A stretch of 64,000 nt of DNA, taken from the NCBI RefSeq assembly GCF_037042905.1, contig NC_087245.1, positions 41,046,001 to 41,110,000 on the forward strand, given 5' to 3'. The notes under the pieces were generated by a model. That model was not told the origin of the DNA, made no database searches, and saw nothing but the letters and a program-made list of their open reading frames with translations. The translations under genes were made by a program, and so were the position numbers. This DNA comes from Lytechinus pictus. Its lineage: Eukaryota. This document shows positions 22,484-35,784 of this stretch, one piece after another; position 1 is the stretch's first letter; each line of letters begins with the position of its first letter.

Positions 22484-24998
22484 CATGGACCTGGGAAGCG
22501 CGGGGGTGCATGCTGAAGCACCCCCAGAAATTTTCCTGGGGGTGCTGCGTGTATTATTTTCCATAGGCAGCACCCCCACGAAATCAGACTCCCCCTGTAT
22601 TCTTTAAATATGTTATTATGTACATAATTATCACATCCGACAATCACAAATCATGTACTACTGTCTTTCACATATTCCAGTAACATAACGCGACTCAAAA
22701 GTCACTCGATCAAGCTTCGGCACTCCGATCATACCGATACAGACGTGGTCGCGCGCTATACGTGATGACCATACATACTACTCGATTGCAGGGAGGGACA
22801 TGGGTGTGGATGGATTTGAAACTTAATTGCCCGTATTCTGAAGTCGGGTTTAATTTAAACTCAGGTTTAAAGTTGTGGTTTAAGTATGGACAGCCAATTG
22901 TTACATAAATCACTAACAGTAGGGATATCATATTTCAGCTCATTTGGCTCTCAAATCATTCATAATTGTGTAAGAAGTATAAATAGATGATTGTCTTCAC
23001 CATCGAAGAATCAGGAAAGAGCAGAGTAAACAAAAGAAACATACAACTTAATAAAAATTTTGATACTCTTGGCTTCCCATACTTAGACCACAACTTTAAA
23101 CCTGAGTTTAAGTTAAACCCGACTTCAGAATACGGGCCCCAGATTTTATGTCGAACCAAGTGTGCGCGCGCCTGACCGCCCCGTGTTTTGTATAAACAAG
23201 TACAAGTCAGACAACAGAAATCAAATTTTCACAGTCTTTTTCGCCCTGTCCCATGGCCCTGGGAAGCGGGGGTGCTAAAGCACCCGAAAATTTTCCTTGG
23301 GGGTGCTGCGCGTGTTATTTTCCATAGGCAACATCTCCTGGAAATCTGGTAGGAATAATAAATGACAGAAATGTAATGAAAATGAACTACGTTTTGTCGG
23401 AACTCCCCCCCCCCCCCCACTTCAGAATTTTCAGACACAGTACTTGAGATAGTATTTAAAATTCACCCTTTTTCAGATCGGAATACCAAATATTTTCTGC
23501 TCGCGCTTCGCGCTCGCATTATTGATTTTATAAAAAAAAGTATTTAGAATGCCCAGATATACTAGGTCTAAATCAAAACACGCGCACGCATGTTTATTCA
23601 GAGACGCATCTTGTTTTTGGGGTACTGAAAATATATCAAATGCATTTTATCAATACATTTTTTTCAAAATAAACAAATTTTATCAAAATCAGCTGATAAC
23701 AAATGGTTAAATTATTTGATTTTGAAGTTTAGCAATATTTTGTGAAAATGGTGATATGCATTTCGTCACGAATATTCAAGAGGTGGGTTGACGATGTCAC
23801 ATCCCCACTATCCTTTTTCTTATGTTATTACATGAAATCAAAATTGTTTCATTTTTTCATACCAGAGTAAATGATATGTCTCCCTTCTATTAAAATAAGT
23901 TGCAGCAAAGAATATCTAATGAACTAAATCAGTTGTCAATTCAATTATTTTGGCCCTTGAAAGAAAAATATTGAATAAACCTAATTTTATATAATAAATA
24001 TAAAAGAACAAGTGGGGATGACATCATCTGTTTGCTCATTAATGAAGAAATGCCTAAAACTGTTTCACCGGAATAATGCTAATCTTTAAAATGCAATAAC
24101 GTTGATATTCCTTGTCTGATTTTGATCAAATAGTCATTCTTTTGTTCGTCTGATTTTTCTTTATCTGTTCAAACCATATTGCATTCAGTCTGGAGTACCC
24201 CTTTAAACATGCTTCAATTGTAAAGTCTCAGATCAGAATATAAAAAATTTTCTGCTCGCGCTTCGCACTCACATGATTAATGTAGAAAGATATCCAATTA
24301 CCCATAATTTTCTTGATTTACAAAACATGAATAGAATGTCCCGTTTTTAGGTCTGAAATCTCAATTTTGTTTGCGCTCGCATCAATTGTATAGTTATATA
24401 CCTATCCTGTTCATGATAAGAAAAGTGCTTAAGATGTCCCATTTTTAGTTCTGAATCTCATTTTTATTTTCGCTCGCGCTTCGCGCTCGCATCAATTGTA
24501 TAGTTATTTAACTATCTTGTTCATGATAAGAAAAGTGCTTAGAATGTCTCGTTTTTAGGTCTGAAATCTCAATTTTGTTTCCGCTCGCGCTTCGCGCTCG
24601 CATCAATTATGTAGTTATATACCTATCCTGTTCATGATTACAAAAACTGCTTAGAATGTTCAGTATTTAGGTCGGAATGTCAAAATTTTCAGCTCGCGCT
24701 TCGCGCTCGCATTTTATTTGATTGCTGATATATGTATCGTCTACATGGGTAACTGCAAACAGTCCTTATAACAGGTTCCTTTCGATCAGGCCAGAGCGTA
24801 TATTAAAAAATATCTGCTTGCGCTGATCGCGCTCGCAGTTATTATTTGTTAAATACGCATCTTGTTCAGGACCACAAACACTGCTCAAAATGTTCAATTT
24901 TCAGGAAAAAATACATGAAATAAAAAAATTCGCTCGCGCTTCGCGCTCGAATTATTTAATTAATATATATCTATGTTCTTTTCTGAGAAAAAAGCTAA

Positions 24999-25058
<60 letters not shown>

Positions 25059-25174
25059 GGAGGGTGTGTGTGTATAAAAAATATATGTATAACAATGGAA
25101 AACTCAATTGTGCCCCCCACCTTTGAGGAGAGATTTCAGCACCCCCACTGAAAAAAATCGTCCCCAGGTCCCTG
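22484..25174. mobile_element. Non-autonomous hAT-type element with two left ends
   Basis: TIR CATGGACCTGGG / CCCAGGTCCCTG; 8-bp TSD GTTACTTC at 22476-22483 and 25175-25182; second left end at about 23252; internal GCTCGCGCTTCGCGCTCGC repeats. Confidence 0.8.
22829..23140. mobile_element. MITE with ~50-bp TIRs (Harbinger-like)
   Basis: GCCCGTATTCTGAAGTCGGGTTTAA.TTAAACTCAGGTTTAAAGTTGTGGT and its inverse ending at about 23137. Confidence 0.8.
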
Positions 25175-25821
25175 GTTACTTCGTATATTTTTTTCAAAAA
25201 CTTGAATTTTATATTTTATTTGTATTCTGATTCAAAGCCATTGATTTATTATACTGCAAGAACCTGAATATAGTTTAATGAATTATTTGAACTATTTTTT
25301 TATTGTTCATGTAATTATTTTCATTTCATGTCCACTTGAGTTACTCGGGTTAGATAATTGGTTGTAAGAAATGATTGTATGTCCTCTTAGGTTTACTTGG
25401 GTGTGACAATGATCAAACATGATCAAGTTCATGGATTCTAAATTAACTTTGACCTTGATCATATAACCTAGAACTCATGCCAAGTAATTCGTTATACTTT
25501 ATTACTAATGTCCAAGTTTCATGAAATATATTTAGTAATGTTTTTTATGACATTCCAAATACGTCACCTTTGTAAAGCTTTCGGTGACGCCATCGGAGAA
25601 AAGCGGAGCCCGTCTCGTTTCTGCTATGAGCGATATTGAGAAGAAAAAAGCGAAAGAGAGGGAAGGGTATGGGGAGACAAAAGTGTGGGGGAGGGATATA
25701 GAGGGGGGGGGGGTAATAAACTGCCACTTTATCATTCATTCATTTAATTTAATTTACTTCCAATTCTCTTAAAAACATGAAGAAAATATTTACTGATATA
25801 AATAAAATATATATATATATA

Positions 25822-25868
<47 letters not shown>

Positions 25869-27113
25869 TACATACATACATACCTACAGCGAGATTTTAT
25901 CCACCTGTCAAAATGTCATGAAGTCGTGACGACGTGCTGCTTCTGCAACTACGCCAGCTACGACGAAGGTCTGTTGAAACTCGCAGCCCCGCAAGTGAAA
26001 GAAGTTCACCCCGACAAAAAGTTTGTTGTAAAAATAACAGAGAAAAAATAAATACTGGTGAAGTTTGAAAGGAAATCTATCAAAGATTAAGAAAGTTTTC
26101 AGTTCTTTAATTTTCAATTTTTGATTTGTTACGTCATATACGAACAGCTGCCCCATAGGCCTATGTCATGTAATATAAAATGCATAATTTTTAACTTTGT
26201 ATTGGTTCATGATGACTGATTTTTTTTTTCTTTCAGGAGCGGGAGTGAAATCATTTGTCTGTTGATATAATGAACATACAGCGAAAAACATTTTCATTTT
26301 TATATTTAGAAAATGACATTTCATTGATTTTTTTTATCCATGATCCATGTGAAGCTGCTCACATAAGACGTCACAAAAAATAAATCCTAATAATTTTAAA
26401 TCTTTAATGGATTTTCCTCAAACCTGCACCAATTATTTTGTTCATCTTTTTTTCTGCTATTTTTACAATAAACTTTTTATCAGGGTGCACTTCCCCTTGA
26501 AAGATTACCACAGATAAAATTTCATGACTGTAGAAAAAAAAACGAAAAGAGCCCCGTTTCAGTCCTGAAGACTTGTTAAAATAACAAATTAACAAGTTCT
26601 ATAATAGTTTGCTAACAGCCAATCAAATTGAATGATTTCAGTCGCTTTAAACTGCAAAATTGTTTTATGAAACGGCCCCAATAGGCCCTACTAGTTTTGA
26701 CACCGAAGCATGTAAGACAGTATTGTTACGAAATTTATAAGGGGGTTGGAAATTATTAAACCGCTATAACGTAAGCTCGTACAGATATCACTGAAATCAC
26801 CAACTGTTCGTTTCCTCCTCTCTCATAGACTCTGTATAAATCTCTCTAAGTTCTCGTTAAAGTTCTTCATTCTCTGACCAAATTCTCTTCACGTCAAATA
26901 TGTAAATCTTTTATCGCTGCACGTGTCTGTGTTCTCTTACATATGAGGAGAAGCAAGTTGAAGATAAAGAGAACTGACTCTTAGAGTAGACATGTCCATT
27001 TAATAATAACACGTTCGAAGAATAAGACACAATCCAACTGCACTCGATTGAAATGAACTCCAAGACATGTCCCGAAAAACTCTCCCCAAATGCGAATTAC
27101 CACTTATATTATA

Positions 27114-27924
27114 CAGTGCGTCCCACAAAAAACGAAACCGAGATTTATCGATGATTTATCATAACTTAATCGCAAATACAATAGACAAATGACCTACCAT
27201 TTTAAAGCTTAGAATCTCCTCTTTCACCTGAAATTACTTAGATTATTTCTCATTCAGGCATGAGTGAGCAAAAACAATTTGAAAAGGGGATACCAAAAAG
27301 TCACTTGGCGGGCCGTATCTGGGTTTTAAAAAGAAAACCACATTTTTAAAAAGTTCAATATCTGCTCTTTAATTTGATACCTCAATTACAGAAAATGGTC
27401 AAGAAATAACAAAGTTCTGGTTATTTGAAATAAGGCTTGAATTTCAATAATTTCATAAAATGAAGAGGTTTTACAGGCTAGCGTTCAAACTCACTCGACA
27501 CTCCGTTTTGTTGACGATCAGCCAGTCTTTTGTTACCGTGCGATAGCTTCAGTGGGAAACCGGTGAAAACACGTTCAATTAATGAAATTATGGAAATACA
27601 AGCATTGTTTCGAGGGATCATAACTTTTTTACTACTTGACCATTTTCTGTGATTTAGGTATCAAAGAAAAGAGAAGATATTTAACTTTTTAGTCATGTGA
27701 TTTTCTTTTTGAAATTCAGATACCCCCCGCCAAATGAGTTTTTGGCATCCTTTCTTCGAATTGTTTTTGCTCAATCATGCGTGAATGAGGAATAATCTAA
27801 GTAATACCAGATGAAAGAGGAGATTCTAAGCTTTACATTGGTAGGTCATTTGTCTATTTTATTTATGATTAAGTTATGATAAATCATCGCTAAATCTCGG
27901 TTTCGTTTTTTCTGGGACGCACTG
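27114..27924. mobile_element. Tc1/mariner-type foldback MITE
   Basis: TA|CAGTGCGTCCCA ... TGGGACGCACTG|TA; the arms are inverted repeats over about 350 bp. Confidence 0.9.
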
Positions 27925-28379
27925 TAGAGAGATTGATCGAGCAAAGCATCCTTGAGCTAGTTTCTCTCCTTCTCCCAAGAACAACATTCGTCCTCGGCCT
28001 AGATGGGCTGAAGAGTCCGTCCTTCATGTCCTTGGTGTTGCATAAGACAAGGGCAGACTCTGTTTACGAGCGAGCGAGCTAGACCCTGGACTTATGCAAA
28101 ACAGAACTGTCCTCGGCGTGAGGTCAGGCGAGGTCGCACGCGACAGAGATCTCTCATCGCTGGGCGAGGTCGCACGCGACTGAGAGACTATCCTCGCCGT
28201 TACGTAAGCGAAGGACAGACGAGCGAGGCCCAGGCAGTCAGACCGCAGGTCCCTATGCTAATGAGCAAAAAGGCCAGATTCATCCAAATCATCTCGTGGC
28301 TGAATCCTCCTCCTTGCAAAATCTCGTGATTCGTGAGATTTTCTTTCTCTAAGAATTTACCTGTTTTAACCTCAAGTTA

Positions 28380-29170
28380 AATGAAATATTATTGCACCAT
28401 CAGGTAGAGTAAAAGTTACTCTTTCATATTGGTCATTTATTTTGTATACAATATTTTGTTAAATAAGTAAATTTCTGGCCTGAAAATGTGCCTCAAAACT
28501 GAATTTTCTTCCTCTGTTTTCTTTTGTAAATTGTGCAAAACTTTTTATTTTGAGCCTCAATGATATCTATATCACCATAAAGCTGAACTTCTGTACTTTC
28601 TCACAATGCCACTCTTGATATGCGGCACCTTTTAATCGGGTCAAGATCACACTTTTCCCACCAAGGTACAAGACGAGATTTCTGAAATTTTGTACTTGCA
28701 TGAAATCCAGAGTTCTGATTGGCTGGATAAGGTTCACAGAACAACAGGCGCGGGGTATTTGAGGAGATTACCACATGGGAAGTGTGACCTTCCCACGAGC
28801 CCAGGCACTGGGACCGTTGGAATTTGCCATTGTGTGGTCTCTTTGACCAATCAGAGTGCAGTATTCTTGTTTTCAAACTGTTTTATGTACTTGGCAAATG
28901 TGAAGTGTGATCTTGACCCGATTAAACCAATTCTTATTTTGAAACCTATATCATTTCAAAGCATACATATTCAGCTTTATCATGATATAAAAATCATTTG
29001 GGCTCAAACAAAAATAAAGTGTGAAAATAGCAGCTTTTGTCAGGTGAAAATATTTATTTTGTAGCATATTTTAGATCAAAATTTTAACCTATATTACAAA
29101 ATCTTTGAATAAATTCAAACACATGACCTGAAAGAATGATTCTTCTTCTTTACAATGGTACCAAATTCAT
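28380..29170. repeat. Long imperfect palindrome inside the solo LTR
   Basis: TTAATCGGGTCAAGATCACACTT (~28632) versus AAGTGTGATCTTGACCCGATTAA (~28902); ATAAAGCTGAA versus TTCAGCTTTAT. Boundaries unclear. Confidence 0.6.
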
Positions 29171-30489
29171 GAAATTTGATGCACAATTAAAGCAGCAATG
29201 ACCGAATGAAAAGAGGTGTTTTGGTCCGCATCAAGCTCATTAAATATGCAAAACATCTCAAGTCATGAATATCACTTGGATGAAAGAAGCCACTTTCTTG
29301 GGACCTGCAGTCTGACTGCAGGTAGCAAATAATGTCTGACCTCAGCTGGGAATGCTGGAAGGACGCTCAGGCAGAACGAGATGTAGACTGCAAGCTATGC
29401 GATTTACAAGCTCGAGAAGGCTTTGCTCTCAATGAATACCTAGAATGTTGACAGTAGGCCTATAGTACAAATTCGTGACAGTATGATAAACCCCAAAACC
29501 TCAGGTGTCACGCGCGTAAAACATTCCCCATAGACTTGTGTGTTAAAATGGCACTTAAGAAAAATTCATAAAAAATAAATGTGAAATTAGAGGGTCGAAT
29601 GTTTACTACCTTTGGATAGGATATATATCTGACATTCCATATCTGACCAGAGAAGGGTATTGTAGCCAGCTCATTTGAAAAATAAATCGCCATTTATGAA
29701 TATAACTATGATGGGATAAAATTCATCAACTGAAACAGTAAAATAGCCCCAATTCTTCCGCCAGTCAAAAAATAGTTCCAAATCATCGATATATCTTCCC
29801 AATTAGGTAAAAGGAAGTTCAGTAGTTACCATTTCTAGAATCAGTGTTAGATTTTTAATCATATTCATACACTTTTGCCAATCAGCAATATCAAATTGAA
29901 AAAATTCGAATGGGTTGGGTCGAACGTATATCTTTAGCCCTCCTGATGTAATTAGGCTCGTGGCCCCCTCACCAACTAAATCCAAATTTTAGGCGCCATT
30001 TTAGGCGCCATTTTAGGCTGGGCTACACCCCGCTACACCATACCGAGTTCAATCTTATGGCTATTTTGTGAAGGAAGTCGGGGTAGTCTGCAGGCACAGC
30101 AGAGCCTGATCGAAACTTTGATCTACGAGGGGGGTCTTCACACAAGACTAACAAAGTACGACTTGCTCTTTCAATTTATGTACACAAATCATCGTCATAG
30201 AGTTTAGACTGCATATCCAGACCACTTTCCGTTACTGTTTTTATTTCCGTCATAAATAAAATACATAACAATATATACATGTAGAGACACAAAGCGTAAC
30301 ATAATACATACTGGAATGACCTTCCAAGAAAAATGCGACTTTCTCCTTCTTTGGAAGTATTTAAGAAACATCTTAAGACTCTGGTTTTTAATCAATAATA
30401 TTTACATGTATTAGTTATTATAACTTTCTATTCCATCATTGTGAAACGATATTGTCAGAGCGCTATATAAATATTATTATTGTTATTAT

Positions 30490-31520
30490 TTAACGTTGAT
30501 TGAATTACATGGGGATCTAAAGTAAATTACAGTGTCATCTGCATAGAGATGGATGTTGCATGACTTGAAAACAGTGGTTGAATCAAATATAAAATTATAA
30601 AAAGCAGCGGACCTAGAATCGATCCTTGTTGAACCCCTGAACAGAGTTACAGTTTTGAATACATGTCACAATATCTGAAAGGTAGCTTTGAAACCAATTC
30701 AAATTCGTTTCTATAATTCCAGGGCCCCGTCTTACAAAGAGTTGCGATTGATTCAATCAATCGTAACTATGGAAATCCATCAGTGTTATAATTTTTTCTA
30801 CAGGAAATTTGCAAAATGTCCTTTGTAAACAAAGGAGAACACACCAAATTGTCAAGAAATCAATGAATTTATATATATATATATATATATACATTCATAT
30901 CTAAAAATTTTTTTGAACAAACATGTATTTTATATATTGACTTTGCTCGCTTTCCATAGTTGCGATTGATGGGATAAATCGCAACTCTTTGTGTGATGGG
31001 CTCCAGCTCTTTTAAGTTTTTCAAGCAGACATTGAATGTTAACTATATCAATAGCTTTTTGGAGGTCAACGAAGACCGCATCCGCCTATTTTCCATCATC
31101 TAGGTTTATTAACCAATCATCTGTGATCTTGATTAGGGCAGTTGAGGTAGAATGTTTAGGACGGAAGCCTGATTTTTCCAAAGTGATCACGTTATCAAAA
31201 TTTAAATGTTGTACGAGCTGTTTATTGGATTAATCTTTGACGAACATTTGATAAGCAAGGAAGAATAGACATCGGTCTATAGTTATTTGGATGTGATCGA
31301 TCACCTTTTTTGTGTAACGGCAATTTGAGCAATTTTCCATTTTATTTCAATTTTCCAATTTTCCATTTTAGCAATTTTCCATTTCTTTGGAGGACACCTT
31401 GGAAGATGGATTTATTCATAAGATAGCTGACTGGACGTATAATTTCATTTATGGACATCTTGAGAATATGAATGGGTATTCCATCTAAACCCATGGATAT
31501 CTTGTGTTTCTGTTGTCCTA
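30490..31520 (-). mobile_element. CR1/L2-group LINE RT fragment (degraded), interrupted by a MITE
   Basis: Minus-strand remnants KKGDRSHPNNYRPMSILP, SGFRPKHSTSTALIKITDDW, VFVDLQKA and SGVQQGSILGPLLF. Confidence 0.85.
30723..31003. mobile_element. PIF/Harbinger-like MITE (CAG TSD)
   Basis: CAG|GGCCCCGTCTTACAAAGAGTTGCGATT ... AATCGCAACTCTTTGTGTGATGGGCTC|CAG. Removing it restores the LINE frame (LKRAGII). Confidence 0.75.
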
Positions 31521-31694
31521 CTTCAATCTTTCAATAGTATCATTTTGACTTACAGTACAAAGTTTCAATGGATGTTCAACTGCCATCCCAGGAACATTTT
31601 ATCAATACATGATAACATTTGGCTGGTAACTCACCTTTTCTTCTGTGATGATTTATCCGTACAGAAACACTCCTTATGGAACTCACACTGTTAA

Positions 31695-32295
31695 AGGGGA
31701 ATCCAGCCTTGGCCATTAAATGTTGTGTTGGGAAGGACAAAAATAAATTAAACAGAATGGTGAAAGTTTGAAAGAAATCAGACAAGCAATAAGAAAGTTA
31801 TAGCTGCTTTAAAATTGAGATCACTAATACTATGTAGATTTCAAATTGGCAACTGGATAAGTAAATTATGACAAGGGGCAAGGACAACTTTCCCATAGGC
31901 CATGTACTTTATTATCAGGGATTAGTGGTTTTCTCCTAAGTACCCATTCCCCTGGGGCAGTAATCTAAATATAACCCAGGTAGTATATTGTTTTATGTCC
32001 TCATGAAAGAAAAATATTAATTTGAAATAAAACTTTTGGGAAAAAAAAAATCACATTTTCGCCATAATATGAATTGGAGTACATGGAAGAGTAGTCCTTG
32101 CCTTACATCACTATGACATCCCATATGCAGCCAATTTGAAGTCTCCATGGGTACAGTGATTACCAATATTTACAACTTTTAAAAATTCATAACTTTCTTG
32201 TTGTTTGTCCAATATTGTTCAAACTTTCACCTATCAACTTGTCTGATTTTTCTTTTCCTTATAAAAACAATTTTTTATTTGGGTTGGATTCCCCT
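31695..32295. mobile_element. Kolobok-like MITE (TTAA TSD), copy 2, inverted relative to 4393-4991
   Basis: TTAA|AGGGGAATCCA ... TGGATTCCCCT|TTAA; reverse complement of copy 1 with only a few differences. Confidence 0.85.
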
Positions 32296-33208
32296 TTAAG
32301 GGAATATGTGATGTGTAGGAGGAGCCTGAAAATGTGCATAGTGCAACCTATCATATCAAAACACAGGTGGCACTATATTCCAATCTTTAAAAAAATAAAA
32401 ATAAAGAAAAAGAATTTTGACCCCCGAATATAATATATTGCACAATTTTCTAATAAAACGAATTTCTATAGTAATAAGATGTATTGCTTCCTCATATTGT
32501 AAATTATAACAAGATGTTAAGGCAAGGTCACCGTATTATGTGAATAAATGATTTAGTATAGCGGCAAAGTCTGATAACACGACCAGCAAATGGCGTTTAG
32601 TATGATATTTCAATAATAATAAGATCTTTCCACGTATATTACACTTTTAAGATAGTTGGGCAAAAAATGCACAACTTTTAACCAACCATGGGCAACATAC
32701 TGTCCACACAACTATTCGTTAAAATCTGCCCTAATTGGGTAATAAATTTGCTCAATTGGATAATAATTGCAAAGAATATATACAAAAATCAACTTTGAGC
32801 GGCTGATCGGGGAAAATCATATATTATGTAATTTTTTTACCAACAGACATTACCCAACACAGTGGACAGTATGTTGCCCAACATTTAAATGTGTAGGCCT
32901 ATCAATACCACCAGTAAGGGACTATCAAGTCTTTCGACGGGCAATTCGTAAATAATTTATTGAATACATCTATTTACAAATCCTAAGATGCTTTTCAAAT
33001 GACAGGGGGGGGTCATGAAAGAAAAGTCAGTGATTCTCACCGGCTATCGTGAAAGCAATCGAAATCCGTGATTGACTCACAGCACTAAATCGGTCAATGA
33101 AAATCGATATCACTGATTTATGGCGGATCCAGGGTGGGGGGGGGGGGGGGGGAGGTGGAGGGCACAGCCCGCCCGTGCCCCCCCCCCCCCTTTGAGAGGC
33201 ACAATTAA

Positions 33209-33740
33209 AGGGATGATCCGGGCTGAAAATATTTATATCTTAATACATAGAGTAAAATCGGATAACAAATAATAAAGTTATTGAAGTTAAAAGTTCAGCA
33301 ATATTTGTGAAACCAGTCGTCATGAATATTCATTAGGTGGGCTGATGATGTCACATCTCCACTTTCCGTTTTCTTATGTTATTACATAAAATCTTTTTTT
33401 TTCTTCATTATTTCATACTTGTGTGAATAATGTCTCCCTTATAATAAAATAAGTTGCCGCAATAAATATCTTATGCACTAAATCAGTTGTCAATCCAATT
33501 TTTCGAGTTCTTGGAGGAAAAAATTTGAATAAACCTAATTTCATATAATAAAATAAAAAAGAACAAGTGGGGATGTGACATCATCAGCCCACTGATGATG
33601 TTTCCACAAAATATTGCTAAACTTTAAAATTCAATAATTTTGTTATTAATTATCCGATTTTGATGAAATTTTCGGCATTTTGCTCAGTGAATTCTACTCT
33701 ATTTATCAAACTATAAATACTTTCAGCCCGGACCATCCCT
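33209..33740. mobile_element. Kolobok-like MITE (TTAA TSD)
   Basis: TTAA|AGGGATGATCCGGGCTGAAA ... TTTCAGCCCGGACCATCCCT|TTAA. Related partial copies at about 23640-24205 and 54750-55123. Confidence 0.8.
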
Positions 33741-33857
33741 TTAAGAATTATAATGTTAAAAAATGCCATTAAAACACAAGTGTACCCCCCCCCCCCCCCT
33801 CTGAAAGTCAAGACCTTTATTTCTTAATTATTATTATTTTTTTGCTTTTTCCTCGAG

Positions 33858-33894
<37 letters not shown>

Positions 33895-34271
33895 GACACT
33901 CCCTAATTCCACACGGAATGGCTGTACTAAATAAATCATCCTTTATCAGTTGGGGTATTTTTCAGAATTACTAATCCTACCATGCCTCAGTCATTACCAC
34001 GATTGTATACCGTTGAGGGCGCTTTTCAAAACACTAGGGAGTGGGGGAATGAAAAAAAGGAAAATTTAGATATTTATGATCAAGAATTGTGACTCTATCC
34101 TCTTATACACATAGTTGGTATCAAACACTCGTGAAATTCCACAGTAGGAAAATAAAAGGCTATGGAATCGCCAAATTCGATGCAATTAAAAAGTAATAAT
34201 AATAAAAATGAAATATAAACATGATAAACACACCCCACACACACTCTTGACATAAATCGCATAATCTACCA

Positions 34272-34545
34272 TCAGTTATTCTGGGAGTACAGTCCTCTAC
34301 AGTCGTTGATTAGACCTATTGTCCCGGTTCGGTTTAACCGAAGAAAGACTTGGTATTCGCTTGGCATTTTATGCACATTCTCAGTGTGGTTCATATCTAT
34401 CACTTCATAGTAATGGTGCTGAATGGTCCGGTTGTTCGGATCCCGTGGTAACGGATAGAACCCGAACATGTATATCTTGTGACAGAACTGGGTAGCGGCC
34501 GAGTAGACCGCCAGACCGGATGACGGAAATTCGATTTCGAATGCT
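34272..34545 (-). CDS. Alpha-2,8-sialyltransferase-like (GT29) gene, last exon: sialylmotifs S, III and VS
   Basis: Acceptor CTTTCTCTCAG; reads KAFEIEFPSSGLAVYSAATQFCHKIYMFGFYP...HHYYE...HKMPSEY...NDCRGLYSQNN*. Phase matches the upstream exon. Confidence 0.93.
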
Positions 34546-35784
34546 CTGAGAGAAAGGTAAAGGATTTAGGAAAAAAAGGAAAATAGAAAAAAATGAATTT
34601 TAGAAATCAACTGATCACTTTATATTATGACAGAATGACGTTTGAGTTTTAAAATTTACCTGAAAAGGTTAAACAGTAAGGACACTTCTGTTTTACTGGG
34701 CTTAGACTTAGTCCTATGGATATCTTTCAGTTGTCTTTCAGAGATCTTTTATGCAAGAAGTGATCTTTCATAATTCTTTCTATGGACTTTTCCTGGTCTT
34801 TCAAAGATCTTTTAATGATCTCTCATGAGTCTTTCAGCGATCTCCGCAAACATCTTGAGATCATGGAAAGACTAATAAGAACTTTGAAAGTTCATCAAGA
34901 GACCGCTAAAAGACTTCTGGAAGACCACCAAAAAGACCATTTTCCTGAAAGGCCGTTTGAACCGTTTCAAGAAGTTTTGGATATCATGGGGACCACGAAG
35001 ACCACTGGAAGTTCATTATAACGAAAGACCTTGGAGATCTTTGAAAGTTCATTTATAGACCCTTGAAAGATCAAGCAAGTTTCATTGTCTTACAGCGATA
35101 TTTCAGTTTAAGATGTCTTGCTCTCTGTGGAATGGGGTTTCAGGCAGGGGCGGATCCTATCCAGCTTTCGCCAATAAGGGGGGGGGGGGGGGAGGGTGGT
35201 ATTTTCATCAACATTTTGCCGATCCGGCCGTTATAATCTTATTTTTGTAATTGGTTTTTGAGTTGGTTGTCATAAACACTGAGTAATTCTTGGGGTTTAT
35301 TCTCATAAACAGGTATCCCAAGTGGCCTAAATAAATAATGTGAGCGCGAATTTTTTTTTATATTTCATTATTTAGACATGAAAATTAAACATTTTGAGCA
35401 AGAAACCAGAAATGAGCAAAATGCACATCTTACTAAACAATTTGAGCGCGAAGCGCAAACCGAGATTTTTAATTCTATAATGAAGTATAGTTAACTTACT
35501 ACATCCTACAAAAACAATAGAATAATGCAATCACGATCGAAGCGCTCCCTGAAATTTTGTACATTTTGAGCAAGTTTTTAAAGCAGATATGAACCAGTAA
35601 CCGTAATAGCATCACTTTAAGTCCCCAACTACTCGAATCTGGCCACATTCCATACCCATAATGCAACGTTATGATCATTGTAGTCTTTGTACTCTCAAAC
35701 CCAACTTGATATTATTATTTTTAGCGTTTAAAACCGGAACTATTTCTGCTACCGACCCCTGGTTGAATAATCTTGAGAACCTAC

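Larger units (their letters stand above)
26724..29480 (-). mobile_element. Solo LTR enlarged by nested insertion(s)
   Basis: GTAT|TGTTACGAA ... TTCGTGACA|GTAT: TG..CA ends, short terminal inverted repeat, 4-bp TSD. Strand is inferred only from weak ATTAAA/TATA-like motifs. Confidence 0.7.
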
